Positions 17,763 through 25,593 of a DNA stretch of 38,459 nt are shown in pieces. This DNA is from Minisyncoccia bacterium (GTDB lineage: Bacteria; Patescibacteriota; Minisyncoccia; Phycocordibacterales; Phycocordibacteraceae): contig JBEKII010000001.1 of NCBI GenBank assembly GCA_050011835.1, positions 238,262 through 276,720 of the forward strand. The letters run 5' to 3'. Under the pieces are notes generated by a model. That model was not told the origin of the DNA. It was given only the letters and a program-made list of their open reading frames with translations, and made no database searches. A program made the translations under genes and the position numbers. Position 1 is the stretch's first letter; the number at the start of each line of letters is the position of its first letter.

Positions 17763-19457
17763 CTAGAATTCTTGGAAGAGTGGTATAATATTTACCGTGA
17801 CCGATTGAGTACCGTTTATTTGGCAGGTAATGGTATACGTTGACTGTGAAGATATGGTAACCGACTTTGAGCCCGAATCGTTTGCGCTGGAGAGGCCGGG
17901 ACCAGAGACCGTACAGGTGTCCGTTGAGGGCGCACTCCAGGTAACAGTCGAACTTGCACCGGACGAAACGCGTGTCGGATTCGCGCTGATAGAGACATTG
18001 GATTGCGACACGGTTACCGTCACGACATTGGAGTTAACGGAGCCGCCGGGGCCAGTACATGAGATTTGATAATTGGAAGTCGTGGAGGGGCTAACCGAAA
18101 TGCCAGTGAGGTTTTGAGCGAGGCCGCCCGTGGAGAAGCCGCCCATCGCCGTGCAAGAAGTTGCGTTGGCAGAATTCCATGTCAGCGTTGAGGACTGGCC
18201 ATTGCTTATGGTGCTTGGACTCGCGGAGAGCGTAGCGGTGGGGGCGGAACATGTGGGAGGATTATTTGCGCCGTTTATACAGACGCCGTTAATGGTAGTA
18301 CAGGTAGGATAATTGTCCGCGCCGTTTGGACAAGTGGAAGAACAACTGGAATTAGACGGCGTGGAGGCAGAACACGTGCCATCGCATTGGATGGTACCCG
18401 AATTGGTCTGACCGCAGGAGTTTGCGCCTGAAGTACAATATGAACCCAAACTGGGAGGACTTGCGGGCGTGGAGGCGGAACATGTGCCATCGCATTGGAT
18501 AGAGCCTGTATTATATTGGCCGCAAGAGTTTACACCTGAAGTACAGTAGAAACCATAGTTATAGGCACACACGGATCCACAACTAGAATTAGGCGGCGCT
18601 GAAACGGAACATGAGCCACTGCATCCGATAGTTCCAGAGTTGGTTTGACCGCAGGAGTTTGCGGCAGAGGTACAAGACGAACCGTAGCCGGAGGGATTTG
18701 CGGGTGCCGAAGCAGAACATGCTCCATTACATTGGATAGTGCCTGAATTTTTCTGGCCGCAGGAGTTTGCGCCTGAAGTACAAGAAGCGCCATAGCCGGA
18801 AGGATTTGGGGGTGTTGAAGCGGAGCACGCGCCATTGCATTGGATAGTGCCCGAATTTTGCCCGCCGCAGGAGTTTGCGGCTGAAGAACAGGACGAGCCG
18901 TAACCAGAAGGATTTGGGGGTGTTGAAACGGAACATGAGCCACTGCATCCGATAGTTCCAGAGTTGGTTTGACCGCAGGAGTTTGCGGCAGAGGTACAAG
19001 AAGTACCGTAGCCGGAAGGATTTGGGGGTGTTGAAACGGAACATGAGCCACTGCATCCGATAGTTCCAGAGTTGGTTTGACCGCAGGAGTTTGCGGCAGA
19101 GGTACAAGACGAACCGTAGCCGGAGGGATTTGGCGGTACAACGGCGCTGCAAGTTTCTTCACATTGATCGATAGTGCCTAAACTTGTCTGACCGCAAAAA
19201 TTAGCGTCAGAGGTGCAGGACGCGCCGCAGTTACCAAAAGCATAATTACTATAGAATAATTGACAGGGGCATATGTATTCTCCTCCGGAGGCACCGCTGC
19301 CCTCGCCGCCTTCATCGGCATGGGCAATCTGACTAAACATTGAAAGTGCGTGCGATAAAAAGACCCCTCCGGAGTTGAAATGCACAGTAATAACAGACAT
19401 CGCTATGCATATTCCAACTATCAAAACAACATTCCTTTTTTTATTTTTTATTTCCAT
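17763..19457 (-). CDS. Secreted Cys-rich tandem-repeat protein with C-terminal Ig-like domains
   Basis: Signal/TM segment, about 8 four-Cys repeats, then TATLSASPSTI...STLTWNS.NATSC and SANPTRV...VTWS Ig-like modules. ATG 19457 overlaps the end of the upstream gene. Confidence 0.85.
   Translation of the reverse strand: MEIKNKKRNVVLIVGICIAMSVITVHFNSGGVFLSHALSMFSQIAHADEGGEGSGASGGEYICPCQLFYSNYAFGNCGASCTSDANFCGQTSLGTIDQCEETCSAVVPPNPSGYGSSCTSAANSCGQTNSGTIGCSGSCSVSTPPNPSGYGTSCTSAANSCGQTNSGTIGCSGSCSVSTPPNPSGYGSSCSSAANSCGGQNSGTIQCNGACSASTPPNPSGYGASCTSGANSCGQKNSGTIQCNGACSASAPANPSGYGSSCTSAANSCGQTNSGTIGCSGSCSVSAPPNSSCGSVCAYNYGFYCTSGVNSCGQYNTGSIQCDGTCSASTPASPPSLGSYCTSGANSCGQTNSGTIQCDGTCSASTPSNSSCSSTCPNGADNYPTCTTINGVCINGANNPPTCSAPTATLSASPSTISNGQSSTLTWNSANATSCTAMGGFSTGGLAQNLTGISVSPSTTSNYQISCTGPGGSVNSNVVTVTVSQSNVSISANPTRVSSGASSTVTWSAPSTDTCTVSGPGLSSANDSGSKSVTISSQSTYTITCQINGTQSVTVNIIPLFQEF
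18355..19235 (-). repeat. Coding tandem repeat, 108-bp / 36-aa period, about 8 units
   Basis: Unit PPNPSGYGSSCTSAANSCGQTNSGTIGCSGSCSVST. Positions 18600-18700 and 19032-19132 are identical and 4 periods apart. Confidence 0.95.
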
Positions 19458-20548
19458 GCTCCGAGCCATAAAGCTTCTTTATTGTCGCTTAGTAAGGTTA
19501 CAATTTTTTCCGATGTACCGTTAGACAAATCATACCCCATGATGACAGGATACTCATTGCCGGCTCCGTCCTTTCTCCATTCATCCAGAGCCAGATACTT
19601 TCCATCGGGAGAAAAAACGGGCCAGTAGGCCTTGGTCTTTATCGTCAAAAACGGGCTTATAGAAAACGTATCCCACGAATTTATCCGGGAAACAACAACG
19701 TTCTCCGCGTCGGTAGACGACCAGGCGATCATTTCCCCGTCTGCAGAAACTTCTATCTGTTTTGTTCCAGAGGCCTTGCTACCGCCAATAGTTTTTACGA
19801 CAAGACCCAGGGGTTTCGGTTTCGTCCAGACACTTATATCGTACAGATGCAATCCATCATTCTGAAGAATGAGCAATTTTCCCCCATCCGGCGAAAAAAT
19901 TGGGTTAATGCCATTGGCTATCTTAACCGTGCTCCCGTTCGTATCAATTAAATACGTTGACCAGCTCTCGGGTATTCCCAGATCGGAATTATTCACGGAC
20001 GATGTAGCGCTTTCGTAAGCAATAAGTTCGCCGGATGGACTAAAAATCGGCTCCCCTTTATATTTATCGGGAGTATTCGTAATTTGGCGAATATTTTCGC
20101 CGGAAATATCGCTCATAAAAATCTGGGGGATTGGATCATTCGGTTTCCCCCTGATAAAAACCAGCTCTTCCCCGTCCGCGGAGACCGATGGAAATATGTT
20201 TGCTGATATTTTGCTAGCCAAAATGGTCGTAAACTTTGAACCAGCAGTGCCGTTGATATTAAATGCGTATATTCCTAAAGCATTTTGGCCATTTATTTTC
20301 ATTAAAGACAAATAGAGAGTTCCCTTGAAATCAAACGGTTCTGCTGGTGACGGCTTCCCCGTGAAGACAACTGGCGCTTGAGATAAATCCACATTTGGTT
20401 GTACTTGCGCCGGCGAGACATTCTTTTGAGAAGATACCGCCGGTATCACATTTTTATATACAAAATATCCTACAGCGAAAACAACAAGAACCACTAGCAC
20501 CGACTCCGCGCCGTATTTCAAGTATTTTTTATTCGGTTGCGATTCCAT
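19448..20548 (-). CDS. TolB-like beta-propeller (PD40 repeats) with an N-terminal TM anchor
   Basis: Repeated P.[FV]S[PA]DG motifs: PSVSADG, PIFSPSG, PIFSPDG, VSADG, PVFSPDG. Confidence 0.85.
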   Translation of the reverse strand: MESQPNKKYLKYGAESVLVVLVVFAVGYFVYKNVIPAVSSQKNVSPAQVQPNVDLSQAPVVFTGKPSPAEPFDFKGTLYLSLMKINGQNALGIYAFNINGTAGSKFTTILASKISANIFPSVSADGEELVFIRGKPNDPIPQIFMSDISGENIRQITNTPDKYKGEPIFSPSGELIAYESATSSVNNSDLGIPESWSTYLIDTNGSTVKIANGINPIFSPDGGKLLILQNDGLHLYDISVWTKPKPLGLVVKTIGGSKASGTKQIEVSADGEMIAWSSTDAENVVVSRINSWDTFSISPFLTIKTKAYWPVFSPDGKYLALDEWRKDGAGNEYPVIMGYDLSNGTSEKIVTLLSDNKEALWLGAWK

Positions 20549-20616
20549 TATCTATATATCGATTGTATTGTATCTCTTTCACGCCGGTTGCGTCAAAGCG
20601 AGCATGTGTATAAGTT

Positions 20617-21000
20617 TTACCAATAAAACCATAATCCCTTTGACCTTAAAAAGAATCCCAGGGAATAGGAAATGGAATTGCAAACGAGAGAGATTAGTAA
20701 AGAATTTTTAGTACTCGTCTTAAGATACATTCTATAGAAGAACGCCTCTAGTAAAACGGCAAGTATCTCACTGTAATGGAGAGAAGTGTCGCGCGTCCAA
20801 TTGGTAAGATTCGGAAAAATATACCATACGTAAGGGATGGTTACTAAGTTGGCAAAAAATCCGGCAAAGAGAATTTGGGCATTGCTGATTTTTTCTTTCG
20901 TAATGTGAAAAAATGCCCGCAACAAGAAAAGAAGGGTAAGCGTTTCTGACAAAACCGTAAAAATCAGTGATACTATGAAAGAATGGGTGTAGTTAATCAT
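20617..21000 (-). CDS. Small polytopic membrane protein
   Basis: 127 aa with about 4 hydrophobic segments carrying embedded E/N residues (T..SE, N.VT.P.VW, E..AVLLEA, CNSISY). Confidence 0.75.
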   Translation of the reverse strand: MINYTHSFIVSLIFTVLSETLTLLFLLRAFFHITKEKISNAQILFAGFFANLVTIPYVWYIFPNLTNWTRDTSLHYSEILAVLLEAFFYRMYLKTSTKNSLLISLVCNSISYSLGFFLRSKGLWFYW

Positions 21001-21017
21001 TTTTGATTCAAGGTACG

Positions 21018-22202
21018 TTAATCATCATTCAGCCATCCTTTTTCTATAATAAACCAATTAAAATCCGATGCGAGAGAAGCTATCTCCATTATGCCTGTAT
21101 AATTTGATCCTCCTTCTTCTTCGGGATTCGTTAGTTCATTTTCATAAAATCTCCAGGTCACCGTGCGATTGGCGATTCCCCAATTCCCCGTCTCAATCAT
21201 AGTCGGAGCGATTATTTCTTCAATTTCTTTTTTATCGGCGGCCCCATGAAAATAGGCCAGCATGGAAGCATAATAAAATCTGATGAAGGACTCCGTGCCG
21301 AGATAGTTAGGGGTCGTGGAGGCATTTTTATAATACGTATTTCCTATTGTTTCCAACCCGTTATACACAGCGGTTGCTGACTTCTCATAGATAAGATCCA
21401 TTTGGGCAAGTTCGGCGAATGCCTGTAATTTTTGCGATTGGCCGGAGAGCAAAAAATCATGGTTAAAACCTCCTCTTTTAAAATCTGGAGCGCTTATTTC
21501 ACTCGGCAACAATTCATTTCCTCGCTGTATGAGAGAAAGAATTTCTTCCTTTTTCATCTTAACTTCTTCGCCAGAAAGACGCTTCACCTCATCCACAAGC
21601 AAATAGCTCTTGCGCGCGGCCAAAAGGTAATCCACATAGCTATATTCATGAATATCTTTGGCTCTCTCAAGTAAATTGACAGCGGCTATTTGTAAATCCT
21701 CCACACTTTCCATATCTCCGTTACCAAATGCGTTCTTTATCATATCGTTATCGTCGTTGAATATCGCTTGCATTATTTCTATTTTATCGTTGCCGGAATA
21801 AGCCAAAATAAGCCGAGTAATCGCTTCCGACCTTATTTCCGGAGAAAGTTTTTCGTTGAAAGCGACTTTTTTAATAATAGGAATTCCCGTAAGATAGTCG
21901 CCCTCCTTGTCGTACTGAAAACCTACTATGGCCATCATCCGCGCCGCCAGATTGGTGTCGCCTTTAATTCTGTAGAGAAAATTGAGTTCTTTGAACTCGC
22001 GTATATCTTTGTCAAACAGAAAATTTGAAGCATCAGTTATTGCCTGCGAATTTAGTTTCTCTATTTTTATATCGTTAAGAGTAAACCAACCGAATTCTGT
22101 TTTATATATGTAAAAACAAATCAGAACTACAGCCAGAAAAAAAAATGAAGTCAAAAAAAAATTTTTGAATCGCGGGCTTTCAGATACTTGTTGCCATCGC
22201 AT
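21018..22202 (-). CDS. Hypothetical membrane-anchored all-alpha protein
   Basis: Start MRWQQ lies 6 nt after TACAAT; TM helix then a helical body; AT-rich coding sequence. Confidence 0.75.
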   Translation of the reverse strand: MRWQQVSESPRFKNFFLTSFFFLAVVLICFYIYKTEFGWFTLNDIKIEKLNSQAITDASNFLFDKDIREFKELNFLYRIKGDTNLAARMMAIVGFQYDKEGDYLTGIPIIKKVAFNEKLSPEIRSEAITRLILAYSGNDKIEIMQAIFNDDNDMIKNAFGNGDMESVEDLQIAAVNLLERAKDIHEYSYVDYLLAARKSYLLVDEVKRLSGEEVKMKKEEILSLIQRGNELLPSEISAPDFKRGGFNHDFLLSGQSQKLQAFAELAQMDLIYEKSATAVYNGLETIGNTYYKNASTTPNYLGTESFIRFYYASMLAYFHGAADKKEIEEIIAPTMIETGNWGIANRTVTWRFYENELTNPEEEGGSNYTGIMEIASLASDFNWFIIEKGWLNDD

Positions 22203-22224
22203 GTCTGAATTGTACAAAAAAGTT

Positions 22225-22266
22225 AGTGCGGATACAATATACAACAACTGTAATTGTATCCGCACT
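22225..22266 (-). terminator. Long hairpin terminator of cassette 4
   Basis: AGTGCGGATACAAT...ATTGTATCCGCACT is a perfect 14-bp stem, followed on the minus strand by AACTTTTTT. Confidence 0.8.
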
Positions 22267-22287
22267 TTTGTCGTGCCCCCGCGGAAT

Positions 22288-22806
22288 TTATTCCGCCCTG
22301 GCACTTTTTTCTTTCGCCAATCTGACCAGGAGTTCGCGGAGCTTGTCTTCCACACCCGGAGTCGGCATATTCGATCGGGTCACGAAATTTGGTGTGCTTC
22401 GGACGTAAATTGTAAACGCAGCAGAGTGATAAAAAGATACGAGAATCGTACTGGGCTTGTTTCCTAAAGACACCACGCAATTATTGATCATGCCACCCGT
22501 ATCACCCGGGACCGGACTGCTCTTGCATTGGGTTCTGAAGACGCCGACACTTTTGGCGACTTCATTGAAAACCTGCTTTTCCACAACTTCGGGCCCGACG
22601 CCTGATGGTCGTCTAATAACAACCATCCAGTAGTCCAGATTTTCTTCCCGACAGATTTCCCCATCTCCTGCTGCATTCAAGTTGCAGGTTAGTCCAAGGG
22701 CGTTTATGTTTGTAGCCCCTTTCCCCACCATCTGGGATCCGGCACAACCGATAAGCAGAATCCCGATCCCCACGACGATAACCAAAAACTTGATTTTCTC
22801 AAACAT
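22288..22806 (-). CDS. Putative lipoprotein, orphan cassette 4
   Basis: MFEKIKFLVIVVGIGILLIG-C lipobox; SD AAGGAG (two copies); own promoter and terminator. Confidence 0.75.
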   Translation of the reverse strand: MFEKIKFLVIVVGIGILLIGCAGSQMVGKGATNINALGLTCNLNAAGDGEICREENLDYWMVVIRRPSGVGPEVVEKQVFNEVAKSVGVFRTQCKSSPVPGDTGGMINNCVVSLGNKPSTILVSFYHSAAFTIYVRSTPNFVTRSNMPTPGVEDKLRELLVRLAKEKSARAE

Positions 22807-22847
22807 GACGTATCTCCTTTCTCCTTTTCAATGTGCTTCTATAATCT

Positions 22848-22875
22848 ATGATACACGATTGTGGATTATTGTCAA
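22848..22875 (-). promoter_or_regulatory. Sigma70-type promoter of cassette 4
   Basis: Minus strand TTGACA, 16 nt spacer, TATCAT. Confidence 0.6.
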
Positions 22876-22886
22876 TAGGCGTGCCT

Positions 22887-23732
22887 GGGGTATCCAGACC
22901 CAGTTGGCACAGCACCCGTATCATGGAAACTATGTACACGCTCAAACAAATACCGTCAGAAGCGCAGATCCGCCGATTCTTGCGCAGAACCTTGTTCGGC
23001 AAGAACGTCTTCTGTCCGCTCTGCCGTTGCCGTACGGTCCTGCGCTATGAACAGCGGTATCGGTGTGTGAAATGCCATCGCCGGTTCTCGCTCCTTTCGC
23101 ACACCTGGCTCTCGAATCTGAAGCTTCCTCTGCAAACATGGTGGGCGCTCCTGTGGTGTTGGACGATACGGGAGCCGGTGTTGCAGGCCATGGAACTGAC
23201 TCATCTGCCCGAGAGGACGGTGCGTCGCTGGTACGCGACCTTTCGAGAGCATCTGCCTCAGGAAGAGCACGTCTTGGAACGCATCGTGCAGATGGACGAG
23301 GCGTACTTCAAGAAGGCAGCATTGGTGATGGCCAAACAGAAAGGAACGAGGAAACTCGCATACGAAGTGATTTTCGATCGCTTCCCGGACAAGACCGATG
23401 CCGTCCAGTTCCTGTTCGAGAAGGTGAAGCCGGGAAGCGAATTGTGGACGGACGGCAGTTCGATATACAAAAACATCGGCCAGCGTTGGCCGGTTCAGCA
23501 TAGCCGCGATATTCATTCAAGATTCGAGTTTGAGCAGACGTCAGAAATCGAAGGAGTCTTCGGTGTATACCGCACGTTCGTGCGGAGGATGTATCATCAT
23601 CACTGGAGCGAGAACCTCGACCAATACGTGAGGGAATTCTGCTTCAGATTTTCCTCACCGGAATTGTTCGGAAACCCCCGCAGTTACTTATTAAAATCAT
23701 TAACGCTTGTGCCAACTCGTTAGGGATACCTC
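22887..23732 (+). mobile_element. IS1595-family insertion sequence (846 bp)
   Basis: Imperfect 25-bp TIRs: GGGGTATCCagacccAGTTGGCACA (22887-22911) and, as reverse complement, GAGGTATCCctaacgAGTTGGCACA (23708-23732). Flanks GCGTGCCT / GTGCGCCT match at 6/8. Confidence 0.88.
22923..23723 (+). CDS. IS1595-family (ISXO2-like) DDE transposase
   Basis: Zn ribbon CPLC...CVKC, an HTH-like segment, VQMDEAYF, WTDG...Y, SEIEGVFG, YHH, LDQYVREFCFRF. Confidence 0.92.
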   Translation: METMYTLKQIPSEAQIRRFLRRTLFGKNVFCPLCRCRTVLRYEQRYRCVKCHRRFSLLSHTWLSNLKLPLQTWWALLWCWTIREPVLQAMELTHLPERTVRRWYATFREHLPQEEHVLERIVQMDEAYFKKAALVMAKQKGTRKLAYEVIFDRFPDKTDAVQFLFEKVKPGSELWTDGSSIYKNIGQRWPVQHSRDIHSRFEFEQTSEIEGVFGVYRTFVRRMYHHHWSENLDQYVREFCFRFSSPELFGNPRSYLLKSLTLVPTR

Positions 23733-23763
23733 GTGCGCCTGTTTATAACCGCTAAGCCCAAAC

Positions 23764-23792
23764 TGCTACAATACGGCTAATGTGGCTACCGG
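23764..23792 (+). repeat. Stranded promoter plus 5' stub resembling the lnt start
   Basis: TGCTACAAT, 7 nt, then ATG TGG CTA CCG G (MWLP). Positions 23779-23792 match 24222-24235 at 12/14, and both differences are synonymous. Confidence 0.55.
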
Positions 23793-23811
23793 CATGCATT
23801 CAGCCGGCAAC

Positions 23812-23950
23812 CTATACCGGAAGCTTTCGAATGAGTTCCGAAAAGAATTCCCGTAGTTCTTTCTTGCTCGGCTGCGCACACTCACGCATAAGAAGAATCT
23901 CGTCAGCGACATCATCAAGATACAAGAGTTGCTCAATTCGCGGCTCGTAA
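23812..23950 (-). pseudogene. Probable C-terminal remnant of an AbiEii-like nucleotidyltransferase toxin
   Basis: EQLLYLDDVADE...KKELREFF* lies directly after the DUF6922-like gene with no convincing start. The resemblance to these toxins' C-termini is by recall. Confidence 0.45.
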
Positions 23951-23953
23951 CGA

Positions 23954-24205
23954 TCATCGGATAATGAGCGAGGCGAGTTGCCACGCTTCGCTACGAACCG
24001 CACTTCTGGAAAATGCGTTCTGCGTTTTAAGCGTAGCGCGAATGCTGTCTACGCCATAGCGTGCGACGAACCATCGCCAATCGGCAAGTGTGCCGTAGTT
24101 GAGAACTCGCTCAATGATCAATTGTCGGTGTGTCTCCTGGTCAAGCAGGAACGGACTCGCATCCCATAAGAGTCTCTGAATGGAGGCGGAAAGTTTTATA
24201 TCCAC
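23954..24205 (-). CDS. DUF6922-like protein (putative antitoxin)
   Basis: LLWD...LD...H..LIIERVLNYGTLADWRW....YG pattern. GTG start lies 6 nt after TGgTATAAT. Confidence 0.8.
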   Translation of the reverse strand: MDIKLSASIQRLLWDASPFLLDQETHRQLIIERVLNYGTLADWRWFVARYGVDSIRATLKTQNAFSRSAVRSEAWQLASLIIR

Positions 24206-24207
24206 AA

Positions 24208-24220
24208 TGATATTATACCA
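24208..24220. promoter_or_regulatory. Overlapping divergent extended -10 boxes for the DUF6922 gene and lnt
   Basis: Plus strand TGaTATTAT, 6 nt, ATG 24223. Minus strand TGgTATAAT, 6 nt, GTG 24205. Confidence 0.6.
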
Positions 24221-24222
24221 CA

Positions 24223-25593
24223 ATGTGGTTGCCGGTGCTGTCCGCTCTCGCGAGTATCATCGTTTTTTCGCCGATGAATTTTTATCCGGCGGTTTTTGTC
24301 TTTCTCGTACCGCTCTTTCTTTTCTTCCTACGGGAGAAAAAACTCTGGCGGCTGATGTCGGGCGCTGTTTTGTTTCGTCTGCTGCTCGCTCTGGGAACGG
24401 CTTATTTCACTGTGGAGCCGATGCTGTGGATTTCTTCGCTCTTCATTTTTCTGGGTCTGCCGGTGTCCGTTTTTTTGTTCAAAAAATTTGTAGACAAAAC
24501 GGCTTCCCTGCCGACATTGGTTTTCTTGCCCTTCATCTGGACTTTTTTTGACCTCTTAGAAGCCCGTTGTTCTCTAGCGCCAACATACATTATGACCGCC
24601 GGAAACGCGCTTGGTTCTTCTCCCTTCCTTGGTCTGGCCGGTACAGGAGGACTTGTTGCGCTCACTTTTTTCGCAGCAGTAATCAATGTGTTGGTTGCGG
24701 CGCTTGTAATGTGCAAGAAACGCGACCGCTTCAGCATTGCGCCCGTTGTCGCAATCGTCGTTCTCCTCTTTTCCGGCTGGCAAATTTCAAATGTTGAACT
24801 TCGCCGTAACGTCATTGCTTACGACGACTTGCCGAACTCATTCACTGTTGCCGCTGTTTCTACGAATGGAACATTTACGGCTGATTCGTTTAAAGAACTC
24901 GTGCAAGAACTCGCGAGCCGAAAAACCGACCTCATTGTTTTCCCCGAGGATATGTTTAACCAACGAACCTCTTCTTCGATATTTCAAAATGCGGCAAAAG
25001 AATTACACGCCGATATTCTTGCCGCGTATGACACGTTCCAAGGTGGAAATAAATACAATTCGGCGATTCTCTTTGATATCCAGGGAAATATTATCGGCAT
25101 CCACAATAAAAATCGCCTGACTTTTATCGGCGAATACTGGCCTTTTGGCACTTGGCATCCGTCGTTTTATACATGGCTCGGAGGAAATAATCCAGAGATG
25201 GGAACATACGCGATATTTAATCCGGGAAACGCGGACTCTCCGGGCGCGCGGAATCTTCTCTCGGCAACGTTCCAAAAAAATCCCGTGCTTTTTGCCGCGC
25301 CCATTTGCCTGGAAATTCATTATCCAGACGATATGCAAGAATATCGTTCAGAGGGAGCGCAGTTTATCGTCAATCAATCCAGCAATCGCTGGGTTTCTAC
25401 CGGTCTCGCGCATTTCTTATATCTAGCAACGAACCTGAAAAAAATAGAGGCCGTCTGGCTGAAACTTCCTATTATTTCAAGCGGCGTTGACGACGTCGCC
25501 GGTATCATTCTGCCGAACGGACAGGCGCAATTAGTGAACTATCAAACGAGAAACAAAAACTACAATATATTTCTCGGAACCGTTCGGTATTAA
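24223..25593 (+). CDS. lnt: Apolipoprotein N-acyltransferase-like protein (membrane domain + nitrilase domain)
   Basis: N-terminal TM helices and a Glu-Lys-Cys triad: LIVFPE, YNSA, HNKNRLTFIGEY, PICLE. Confidence 0.85.
   Translation: MWLPVLSALASIIVFSPMNFYPAVFVFLVPLFLFFLREKKLWRLMSGAVLFRLLLALGTAYFTVEPMLWISSLFIFLGLPVSVFLFKKFVDKTASLPTLVFLPFIWTFFDLLEARCSLAPTYIMTAGNALGSSPFLGLAGTGGLVALTFFAAVINVLVAALVMCKKRDRFSIAPVVAIVVLLFSGWQISNVELRRNVIAYDDLPNSFTVAAVSTNGTFTADSFKELVQELASRKTDLIVFPEDMFNQRTSSSIFQNAAKELHADILAAYDTFQGGNKYNSAILFDIQGNIIGIHNKNRLTFIGEYWPFGTWHPSFYTWLGGNNPEMGTYAIFNPGNADSPGARNLLSATFQKNPVLFAAPICLEIHYPDDMQEYRSEGAQFIVNQSSNRWVSTGLAHFLYLATNLKKIEAVWLKLPIISSGVDDVAGIILPNGQAQLVNYQTRNKNYNIFLGTVRY

Noticed and set aside
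18355-19235. CRISPR array or DGR template/variable repeats
   Set aside because: The repeats are in-frame 108-bp coding units with no unique spacers, and there is no cas or reverse transcriptase gene in the window.
20992-21025. 9-bp direct repeat GTTAATCAT
   Set aside because: Short, AT-rich and built from start/stop codons of adjacent genes; likely chance.
22848-22922. N-terminal extensions given by the ORF track (transposase; also fba 28819, rpiB 34082, 22355, 32971, 30038)
   Set aside because: The extensions cross the TIR or overlap neighbouring genes. Downstream starts fit the domain boundaries and, in most cases, the -10 spacing.
23804-24235. Invertible switch bounded by 9-bp inverted repeats CCGGCAACC / GGTTGCCGG
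   Set aside because: The repeats are short, there is no invertase nearby, and the left copy is explained as one arm of a terminator-like hairpin.
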